Virus record (IMG/VR): IMGVR_UViG_3300045988_110026 | Source: a virus | Direction: 5' to 3' (one strand) | Length of the DNA: 64,000 nucleotides | In this document: piece after piece, positions 57,162 to 64,000 of the stretch | How positions within the stretch are numbered: position 1 is the first letter of the stretch | How the letters are laid out: every line of letters starts with the position of its first letter | The notes under the pieces: model-generated | Databases searched by the model: none | What the model was told of the DNA's origin: nothing | The model's input: only the letters and a program-made list of their open reading frames with translations | Translations under genes and position numbers: made by a program

Positions 57162-57764
57162 TCACTGCTGATTACTTTCGTGTGCTAAATACTCAGATAC
57201 GCACTTTGCAACGGTGCGGATAGAATAAGACTTAATCTTAACGGCCACATAAGTGGCTTTATATTCGTCCGTCTCTTTAACGATCCATTTTGCACTACTT
57301 TTCGTTTCCAACGTTTCCGCGGTTGCAAATCCGAAAGGCTTATACTCACCGCCATAAACTACATTATCGGAACACCAATCAGCCGTTTTTGCCTCAATTC
57401 CTTTCTCTTTATCTACTTTGCTATCCTTATATACTTTAGAGTATAGGGAAAACTTAACAAAGGTATCATCAACTTTTGGTAACATTTGGCTACACACAGC
57501 CACCAGGCGTTTTTTATCCTTGGCCAGAGATGCAACCTTTACAGCGTATTCTGCCGGTATTTCCAAGGCCTTGCAAATAGCCTTTAGATCAGCTCCATTA
57601 GCAAATAGAGCGTTGTACAGTTTAACAGCACCTACCAAATTTGCAGCATTTTCTTTGATAACGGCATTCTGTAGTTTGTTTACATTTTTTTTCGTAATCA
57701 TATCCCAATATATTTTAATTGTTAAACAAATGATATTCAAATTAATGACCCACAAAGCAGGCAA
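57162..57764 (-). CDS. hypothetical protein (start possibly at internal Met, 57701)
   Basis: 200-aa ORF; Ala/Lys-rich; follows a ~550-bp repeat-rich leader. Confidence 0.5.
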   Translation of the reverse strand: MPALWVINLNIICLTIKIYWDMITKKNVNKLQNAVIKENAANLVGAVKLYNALFANGADLKAICKALEIPAEYAVKVASLAKDKKRLVAVCSQMLPKVDDTFVKFSLYSKVYKDSKVDKEKGIEAKTADWCSDNVVYGGEYKPFGFATAETLETKSSAKWIVKETDEYKATYVAVKIKSYSIRTVAKCVSEYLAHESNQQ

Positions 57765-57927
57765 TTACAGATACATATATAGCCAGCCCAACGGGCACAC
57801 TATATAGGATCACTATGTTAACTCGTAATCTCTCTCGATCACGACGCAAATATACGACATTTATCAATATTACATATATATATGCTATATTTTTTTTGTT
57901 AACTTGTATTAATTTCGATTCTATTAT

Positions 57928-58076
57928 CTGATTATCAGTAAGTTACAAAAAACACAAGAGCAGTATTACACGCGTACATTAATATGTAGGATATATTCTT
58001 ATTTAAGTGGCTTATAATCAATAGGTTATAATAACACATTGATTATCAATAATTTAAATAAGTGATTGATAATCAG
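57928..58076. promoter_or_regulatory. cluster of TTGATWATCAA-type palindromes (57928-57938 CTGATTATCAG; 58039-58049 TTGATTATCAA; 58065-58076 TTGATAATCAG)
   Basis: Read directly. A fourth perfect copy, TTGATAATCAA, is at 55878-55888. Confidence 0.45.
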
Positions 58077-58097
58077 AGAGTTTGTGGGTTTGAGGTA

Positions 58098-58149
58098 AAA
58101 CGCGTTTCCGGTTTTCCAGCGAAGGGGGTGCGGGGGAGAAAACGCGTTT
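58098..58149. repeat. two copies of AAAACGCGTTTC(C)GG (palindromic core AAACGCGTTT) 42 bp apart
   Basis: 58098-58107 and 58140-58149. Confidence 0.45.
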
Positions 58150-58181
58150 CGGGGGCGGGAGGTTCGTGATAGGTACCCCCT

Positions 58182-58262
58182 CTCTCCCATCACATAAACC
58201 TCTTTCTCATATCTCTCCCATCACATAAACATTTCACCATTCCTCTCCCTCATCACATAAAA
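58182..58262. repeat. three phased 18-bp iteron-like direct repeats CTCTCCCATCACATAAAC (starts 58182, 58213, 58243; the third has a 1-nt insertion)
   Basis: about 31-bp periodicity, read directly. Confidence 0.55.
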
Positions 58263-58310
58263 ATATGGGGAACCTATCCAAAGTTCCCCATACTTATTTT
58301 ACGACGGTAA

Positions 58311-58703
58311 TTATTTACTTTCCCATATTAGTTTATCTTCGGCTATTCCGATCTTTACTTCCTCGCACTTTCTCCCTATCCATCCATTGAGATACGAGAA
58401 TGGTTCTGAGTTTTTTACTTCTTCTCCTAAGAAATTAAAAGCTTCAGTAGAAACATGGGATGCTTCATGGCAAACTGTTTCAAAATCAATTATTTTCTTA
58501 TTAAGAAACCATATCAAAAATCCCGTATTAGGATTTAATTTACACCCTCCGTATGGAACGGATACAGTTACAGCCTTGCTATTATCTACGTAACTAAAAT
58601 CGTTATTGAAACATTCTACCATGCCAGATACGTCTTTTCCTACGTATATCCACAGATTAAAAGGATAGACTTCCGGATAGAACTGATATAATTCACGCTT
58701 CAT
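58311..58703 (-). CDS. small HExxH-motif protein (putative zinc metallopeptidase-like)
   Basis: VCHEASHVSTEAF; 130 aa. Confidence 0.45.
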   Translation of the reverse strand: MKRELYQFYPEVYPFNLWIYVGKDVSGMVECFNNDFSYVDNSKAVTVSVPYGGCKLNPNTGFLIWFLNKKIIDFETVCHEASHVSTEAFNFLGEEVKNSEPFSYLNGWIGRKCEEVKIGIAEDKLIWESK

Positions 58704-59656
58704 TTCGATAAAAGTTTTTTACTTTCAAGGAAGTCCTTAAACTGGTCACTTGATACGTCTATAACGAATCCAGCAGCACCAGCATGTCCTCCACCACCGA
58801 ATCTCTTACTTACCTCACAGCAATCTACGCTGTCTTCTACGCATTCGTAAAGAGAGAACCTAACCTTACCACATGGCATGATACAAAATGGCATCAGAGC
58901 TTTAATTTTTCTACCGTCTAACCAGTCCGGTGTAAGAGAATCAAATACCTTAGAGCTAAATTCAGCGGTATTCATAGCCACTACCTTCACCTCGTCGACG
59001 TAAGCTTCGAACGAGTACCTACTTACCTCATCTTCGTTTTTACAAGCCATGTAATTAATTATAGCACGTCCTTCTTTAGCAAGATCATAAAAAATAAGAT
59101 CAATTTCATTGTCTTTCATGTTTTCTTTAAAGTGATCATATAAATACGACAATGCAATCAATACATTGAGTCTTATTTTTGATCTCAAGGCATACTGGAC
59201 AGCTACTACCGTATCCCAGCCTAAGCCAGATTCTTTATTCCACACATCGTAGTCTGACAGGCATCGGACGATCGCCGGCACCTTCCCCATCAGCAGGTCC
59301 GAAGCCAGTGCGCACGCACCGACACCGACCCTCCTCAACCCTGGAACTACGAACCCCCATGTCTTACTGTCCTCAATAATTCCCTTGTGGTGATCTATCC
59401 ACATCAGGCTCTTCCCTTCATCAAGCCACTTTTTGAAAACAGTTTTAGAATCGGCTCCAAAAGACACGTCAAGAACATAAACAACATCTAAGTCACGTAC
59501 TTGGTCAACAACTTTCTTAACATCATCTTCATACGAATACGGGATATAAACAACATCCTTGTTTTTACTGTTTTCGTACATGGTTGCGATGGCTGCCGAT
59601 ACAACGCCATCTAAATCCGATTTATGATAAACTATCGCTGTTTTCTTTACTTTCAT
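58700..59656 (-). CDS. DHH-DHHA1 phosphoesterase (NrnA/DhhP-like)
   Basis: HKSDLDGVVSAA (motif I DxD), WIDHHKG (DHH), C-terminal GGGHAGAAGF (DHHA1 GGGH). Confidence 0.75.
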   Translation of the reverse strand: MKVKKTAIVYHKSDLDGVVSAAIATMYENSKNKDVVYIPYSYEDDVKKVVDQVRDLDVVYVLDVSFGADSKTVFKKWLDEGKSLMWIDHHKGIIEDSKTWGFVVPGLRRVGVGACALASDLLMGKVPAIVRCLSDYDVWNKESGLGWDTVVAVQYALRSKIRLNVLIALSYLYDHFKENMKDNEIDLIFYDLAKEGRAIINYMACKNEDEVSRYSFEAYVDEVKVVAMNTAEFSSKVFDSLTPDWLDGRKIKALMPFCIMPCGKVRFSLYECVEDSVDCCEVSKRFGGGGHAGAAGFVIDVSSDQFKDFLESKKLLSK

Positions 59657-60563
59657 GATATAAGCTTGTATATTTGATACTACCGTCTTTTAATGTTTCT
59701 ATTTTTATAACATCACTATATGAATTAAAATTCTGATCTTTATCAATCCTTATATTCAGCACATCATCTACGGTTGCAGTTTTTCCATCATCGGTTTCAA
59801 TCTTATAAAAATCTTTTAAAGTGATTTTTATATTAAGACCAACCCCATATGGATTTTCAAGGATATATATATGATCGTTGTTTAGAATAACTATTCCTTC
59901 ACTTGTATGTTCTTTGGACAATACATATTCTAAATCAAGATCTTTATCCAAAAATGTAGTAATATCCATATAGTTAATACCGGAATTATAGGCACATACC
60001 TTATCCGAATCAGAGAACTGCCCTGGCAGACCACTGGCGTCCCCGACCATCAACGAACATCCCTTAAGTTGACTGAAGTTCATACCGCGCATTACCGTGT
60101 CTTTACACTTCATAAGAATATCATCAATCATGCCCGTATTAGGCTTCCTCATCGGATTTTGTTCGTCATTTGAATAACACAACCTTTTTTCATATAGGAC
60201 GCCTCTTATACCTCTCTTTACCGCCAGATCATGTACGGACCTCAGTACGTATTCTATCTTAGCTTCAATATCAGCTCCAGAAACAAACCCAGCTTCTACT
60301 CCTCCTTGATTGCTTACGATAGCAAATACCTTAACACCGTTCTCCTGCATGAGGTCAAGAGCCTTATTCACCACATCCATCTTAATCCTCATATCTGTCA
60401 AGTCTGTAGCGAACGTATTCCCAGAAGCGGTTTCTATAAGCGTTCCATCAAAATCAAACAATAATATTCGTTTGGATTTTATATCAATATCTTGTACCAT
60501 ATCATTCTCCTTTCTCAAACTTACTTTTCTTAATCTCTCTCGGAACCAGGCAGAACACACCAT
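59622..60563 (-). CDS. HAD-IIIA phosphatase of PNK-3'-phosphatase / GmhB type with extra C-terminal domain
   Basis: LLFDFDGTLIE (DxDGT), IVSNQGG, RKPNTGM, MVGDASG; about 140 aa of unassigned C-terminus. Confidence 0.7.
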   Translation of the reverse strand: MVCSAWFRERLRKVSLRKENDMVQDIDIKSKRILLFDFDGTLIETASGNTFATDLTDMRIKMDVVNKALDLMQENGVKVFAIVSNQGGVEAGFVSGADIEAKIEYVLRSVHDLAVKRGIRGVLYEKRLCYSNDEQNPMRKPNTGMIDDILMKCKDTVMRGMNFSQLKGCSLMVGDASGLPGQFSDSDKVCAYNSGINYMDITTFLDKDLDLEYVLSKEHTSEGIVILNNDHIYILENPYGVGLNIKITLKDFYKIETDDGKTATVDDVLNIRIDKDQNFNSYSDVIKIETLKDGSIKYTSLYHESKENSDSLS

Positions 60564-60924
60564 CTTCGTCCTTAACCTTCACAATATCATAAACCGCATA
60601 CTGATTATCACCGATATCCCAACCTAACGAAGACAGTACATCACGGAGGTAAATACGTCTATATTTATCACCTTGTTTATTTAATAAAAACGATCTCTCG
60701 TCTTCTACCTTAGAAGGAGCTATATACAAATTAGAATCCAACACCCCTTTAAACTCAGCTCCTTCTTCCATACCAATAATAACCGCATCTTCGATACCCA
60801 TCCATTTCAGATTGTCCACCGATATGGTCATAATCCGATCTTTGCTAATAGAAAGCTTTCTGATTTTAGCTTCTTTTGTCTTAGAACCTACATAGGTTTT
60901 ACTGCTTAAAAAGTTTATCTTCAT
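60502..60924 (-). CDS. hypothetical protein
   Basis: 140 aa; overlaps the downstream gene by 62 bp. Confidence 0.4.
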   Translation of the reverse strand: MKINFLSSKTYVGSKTKEAKIRKLSISKDRIMTISVDNLKWMGIEDAVIIGMEEGAEFKGVLDSNLYIAPSKVEDERSFLLNKQGDKYRRIYLRDVLSSLGWDIGDNQYAVYDIVKVKDEDGVFCLVPREIKKSKFEKGE

Positions 60925-60931
60925 GATATAA

Positions 60932-60989
60932 TGTTTTTAAATTGTATCGCAAATATACGCAATAATATAAACAATACAATTTAAAAACA
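60932..60989. repeat. 16-bp perfect inverted repeat TGTTTTTAAATTGTAT / ATACAATTTAAAAACA with 26-nt spacer
   Basis: read directly; sits between minus genes 61004..62209 and 60502..60924. Confidence 0.55.
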
Positions 60990-61003
60990 ATTAAAATATG
61001 ATA

Positions 61004-62209
61004 TTATAATACAGGTAATTTTTTGAACTGCTCTGGAGCCACCTCGGATATGATTCCACGGAAAGCAAGACGCGAACCGAAGTACGAACTCGCGCTCAAC
61101 GCGTTGCGAGACGCATACGCATACGCCACGCCACTACTCGTATCCGAGCCGCTATAGGAGCGCGCCAAAACAATGGAGTTGCTCGATGTCTGACTATAGT
61201 AATCTGAATAATGCATGGAATCGTTACCGCCAACATTTGTCGGCACCACATCGAAAAACGGACCGTTTTCCGCTGCGATATTCGTTATCCAGCCATTGGA
61301 AGTTCCGGCGTTCACATTGCGAGTCGATCCGTCTGGGTCGGTGATTTTCCAAACTCGGTTGTTGATTTCTACACCTTCAACCCATTCATAGATACCACCA
61401 AAAACCCCTTCCAAACCTAAGCCGCAAACGTACTTTGAACTTTCGTTTTTGGTATCCGCACCGCCGGTTGCGTTGCTGCTTCCCGTTGTTGTAGCCGGAT
61501 TATTATTTGCGCCACCTAATCCTAATACAGATTGAATATTACGTGTTTTGTACTTAGCATACAACATCATAGCAATCACGCAATGTTGTTGAAAATCTAT
61601 CATCTGAAACCCGGTACCACGCGCTTTCGCATAACCTTCAAAATCGTTGAATGATTTTGAAGTTGTAGGACTAACACCACTCCAGCTATATAATCCATTC
61701 AAAGATACATATCCTTTATATGCTCCAACAAGAGATTCCGGAACATGAATGTAAGTGCCATCGATATCATGATCAGCAAAATGATAAAGAAATCTATTAT
61801 CATCCACCTTATACCATTTATACCAAAATTCTAAGAAAACGACCATCACATCACCTTCTGGTCCGGTAAGAACAGCCGGACTGCCATCAAGATATAAGTT
61901 ACTGTCGCTATCTTTTAACCTACATACAAAAACCTCTCTTCCTCCCATAGCGCTCTTGCAAAGAACTCTATAAAATCCACTTGTAATCAACCTGTATAAA
62001 AAATCGCCATCTTCACTTATTGTTATATTAGCCGGATCTGATACAGATTTATCAAAAACTATAAAATTATCAGTAGGGAGATTACCCCCCCCCACTATTT
62101 TATTAAAAAATCTTCTTCTCATGATTGTCTTATATTTTAGGTCAAATATAGATTTTAATTTATAAACATGAATAATATGATTTTCGTGTAATAAACTTAT
62201 ATTTGTCAA
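61004..62209 (-). CDS. protein with FGE-sulfatase / C-type-lectin-fold-like C-terminal region (possible fibre or receptor-binding protein)
   Basis: GVFGGIYEWVEG and C-terminal ...SYFGSRLAFRGII resemble FGE / DUF1566-type motifs; Gly/Ser/Asn/Thr-rich central region. Confidence 0.45.
   Translation of the reverse strand: MTNISLLHENHIIHVYKLKSIFDLKYKTIMRRRFFNKIVGGGNLPTDNFIVFDKSVSDPANITISEDGDFLYRLITSGFYRVLCKSAMGGREVFVCRLKDSDSNLYLDGSPAVLTGPEGDVMVVFLEFWYKWYKVDDNRFLYHFADHDIDGTYIHVPESLVGAYKGYVSLNGLYSWSGVSPTTSKSFNDFEGYAKARGTGFQMIDFQQHCVIAMMLYAKYKTRNIQSVLGLGGANNNPATTTGSSNATGGADTKNESSKYVCGLGLEGVFGGIYEWVEGVEINNRVWKITDPDGSTRNVNAGTSNGWITNIAAENGPFFDVVPTNVGGNDSMHYSDYYSQTSSNSIVLARSYSGSDTSSGVAYAYASRNALSASSYFGSRLAFRGIISEVAPEQFKKLPVL
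62198..62205 (+). promoter_or_regulatory. -7 promoter element TATATTTG (TAnnTTTG) for the + gene at 62241
   Basis: 36 bp upstream of ATG. Confidence 0.45.
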
Positions 62210-62224
62210 GATATTAATTAACTA

Positions 62225-62232
62225 CAAAATTA
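62225..62232 (-). promoter_or_regulatory. divergent -7 element TAATTTTG (minus strand) 16 bp upstream of minus-gene start 62209
   Basis: reverse complement of CAAAATTA read directly. Confidence 0.4.
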
Positions 62233-62240
62233 TTTATGTC

Positions 62241-62897
62241 ATGGCAGAAATGAAAATAGGTTTTGTAACCTTCAATCCAGGATCAGGTGATGGTGATCAG
62301 GCGGTTACCGTATCAGGTGAAAAATACGAAGGTCGTGTACAGCGCACGCAACAAGTAGAATTTGGTGCCGAATCCGGGGGCGTTAAGAAAAGTGCTACCA
62401 TAAACCAATCTCCGGCAGCTGAGTTTGTAAAAATAGATCCTACTGCATCTGTAGGGAAAGAAGGTGGTACTGTAACAATCAACGGTACAAGTAACTCAAC
62501 TAAATTAACGTTCTCTTTAACTCCGGACGAGACTCATCCTCTGACGTTAGAAATACCTGCCAGTTATCAAGCGGCAGGCAAGGCTACCAACAACGGCGCT
62601 GTTATTGCCGACGACCCTGGTGCAACAGGATCTTTCGCTTTCAGTATCGTATTCTCCGATATTGCAGAGAACGCTGATGTAAACGATCTGGTAAATACTC
62701 TTAAGGTGACGGCCTCCGGTGGTCAGACAGCCAATACGGTTATTACCCAGACAGCAGGTGATCCGTTCTTGGAAATAGACAAGAATGTAATCAACTTGGA
62801 TGCAAACGGTACTCCTCAGACTATCAACGTTAATGCAAACATCAAGTGGACTATCACGCAAGCTGTTTCTAAGTTGGTAAGGAAAGTAATGAAATAA
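62241..62897 (+). CDS. Ig-like / BACON-like repeat protein
   Basis: Three beta-rich repeats (VTFNPGSGDGDQAVTVSG; GGTVTINGTSNSTKLTFSL; TPQTINVNANIKWTI). Lone + gene with its own promoter and terminator. Confidence 0.5.
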   Translation: MAEMKIGFVTFNPGSGDGDQAVTVSGEKYEGRVQRTQQVEFGAESGGVKKSATINQSPAAEFVKIDPTASVGKEGGTVTINGTSNSTKLTFSLTPDETHPLTLEIPASYQAAGKATNNGAVIADDPGATGSFAFSIVFSDIAENADVNDLVNTLKVTASGGQTANTVITQTAGDPFLEIDKNVINLDANGTPQTINVNANIKWTITQAVSKLVRKVMK

Positions 62898-62910
62898 CAA
62901 TCACTTACAG

Positions 62911-62948
62911 AAAAAGAAAAGGGACGTCTATTTGGCGTCCCTTTTTTC
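62911..62948. terminator. bidirectional rho-independent terminator (A-run, GGGACG...CGTCCC hairpin, T6)
   Basis: AAAAAGAAAAGGGACGTCTATTTGGCGTCCCTTTTTT. Confidence 0.6.
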
Positions 62949-63197
62949 TATGCATTGTATGTAGTATTTATCTTTTTGCCTACTGACAAAAATCTTTTTG
63001 AAAATCATCTGTTTCCTGATATGGACTCTTTTCCCGTCATCTAATTCCCTCCATATTTCATTAAAGATCAAATCTATTAATTCCATGACCTTCTTATCAG
63101 AGACAAGATTCTTTCTACCGGGACTGACCCATCCATCATCAGTCATCTTACCGGCTATCCTATTAGCTATCCTGCTTAATTCACGTGGGGTGCTCAT
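62928..63197 (-). CDS. hypothetical protein
   Basis: 89 aa; its 3' end overlaps the terminator hairpin. Confidence 0.4.
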   Translation of the reverse strand: MSTPRELSRIANRIAGKMTDDGWVSPGRKNLVSDKKVMELIDLIFNEIWRELDDGKRVHIRKQMIFKKIFVSRQKDKYYIQCIEKRDAK

Positions 63198-63886
63198 TTT
63201 AATATACCTTTAAATATTCTACCTTTTTCACACTGAAGTATGCAGTCTCTCATGGGATGATCCTGTTCATGATCGTCACACATCGGAAATTCTTTTCCAT
63301 AGGGGAAAGCAATGTGCGGGCACTGCGCCCTGAACGCATCCCAGGCCGACTTCCTCACAGCCTCAGCTCCGGCACGCACGCCTTTCTCTCTTTCCTTGGC
63401 CGGGTCAGCATACACGTTTGAAATAGCTCTTTTCTTCCAAGTAAGCATATTGTAGTAAAACTTATCCACCAGTTTCCTACCCACTACATCAAACTTCTGT
63501 CTATGAATTAAAGGTGCTACCTTAACGACGTTCTTCCTATTTTTACTAACATCGACATAAATCAGCCCGGCATAAGACGGAACTTCATTTACGTCAATCA
63601 TATTAGGCGGACAGGCGTAGTAGAAATAGTTTGGAGGATAGCTTATGACACCACCTACCTTAATAATGCCGTCCTTAAGAACTTTATGTTTTTTATCCTT
63701 TTTGAAGTCGTTAAAGAAATCTTGTTTAGACATCTTGACCTCTACTTCATAAGCGTACAATGATCTTGTTATGGCCAGGAAGTCAGATTCCCAATCATAT
63801 ATATGGAGATTGTTAATAACATACATCGGATTACTTAGCAGATCCCTATTAAGGATCTTAAGCATTTGTTGCTCTGGGTAGTTCAT
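63194..63886 (-). CDS. hypothetical protein
   Basis: 230 aa. Confidence 0.5.
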   Translation of the reverse strand: MNYPEQQMLKILNRDLLSNPMYVINNLHIYDWESDFLAITRSLYAYEVEVKMSKQDFFNDFKKDKKHKVLKDGIIKVGGVISYPPNYFYYACPPNMIDVNEVPSYAGLIYVDVSKNRKNVVKVAPLIHRQKFDVVGRKLVDKFYYNMLTWKKRAISNVYADPAKEREKGVRAGAEAVRKSAWDAFRAQCPHIAFPYGKEFPMCDDHEQDHPMRDCILQCEKGRIFKGILK

Positions 63887-63903
63887 TGTCTTACTTTTTT
63901 TAG

Positions 63904-63975
63904 AGGCTTGTGGCGGAATCGAACCGCCCTACGAGATTTTGCAGATCCCTGACTAAACCACTCATCCAACAAGCC
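63904..63975 (-). tRNA. tRNA-Cys (anticodon GCA), 72 nt, CCA not encoded
   Basis: Hand-folded. Acceptor GGCTTGT/ACAAGCC; D-arm with GG; anticodon stem GGGAT/ATCTC with loop CTGCAAA; T-arm GGCGG-TTCGATT-CCGCC; discriminator T. Confidence 0.75.
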
Positions 63976-63978
63976 ATG

Positions 63979-64000
63979 TAGCCCAACCGGGAGTCGAACC
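63979..64000 (-). tRNA. 3' part of a second tRNA, truncated by the window edge
   Basis: Minus-sense ...GG-TTCGACT-CCCGG-TTGGGCT-A: T-loop, T-stem 3' strand, acceptor 3' strand and discriminator are visible. Confidence 0.55.

Noticed and set aside
58182-58262. Possible mini-CRISPR (18-bp repeats with ~13-bp spacers)
   Set aside because: Only three copies, imperfect, with a promoter/origin-like context; better explained as phased protein-binding iterons

Overview
The window reads as an AT-rich (mid-30s % GC by eye), tightly packed, phage-like genome segment. A plus-strand block (152-11931) ends in one giant 2140-aa ORF. It converges, at terminator hairpins near 12071-12114, on a very long minus-strand array of about 100 mostly small ORFs (12147-63886). 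The host is probably Bacteroidota. Evidence: TAnnTTTG -7 promoter motifs upstream of several genes, an Ig/BACON-like protein, and a flotillin/NfeD pair. The minus array has a recognisable replication/recombination module: SF2 helicase, Cas4-like Fe-S PD-(D/E)XK nuclease, DnaB-like helicase, Zn-ribbon+TOPRIM primase, and a second PD-(D/E)XK nuclease. No DNA polymerase, terminase or capsid gene is identifiable by eye. Notable accessory content: (i) an ACP-like(Ser->Phe) / NfeD / flotillin membrane-scaffold module; (ii) a truncated CCA-type nucleotidyltransferase sitting upstream of a DUF1566-like protein and a small ABC-type ATPase; (iii) a DHH-DHHA1 phosphoesterase, a PNK-type HAD 3'-phosphatase and an HExxH protein next to a tRNA region; (iv) a protein with a C-terminal DUF2829 (Tad2-like) domain; (v) a MazG-like dNTP pyrophosphohydrolase domain; (vi) a ~3 kb mostly non-coding hub (55221-58310) with 51-bp tandem repeats, a GC-rich island, phased 18-bp iterons and repeated TTGATWATCAA palindromes; (vii) one clean tRNA-Cys(GCA), one window-truncated tRNA, and three non-canonical ~55-61-nt elements that carry a GGTTCGATTCC T-arm motif. 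None encodes CCA. All functional calls come from motifs I could read in the translations. No database search was run.
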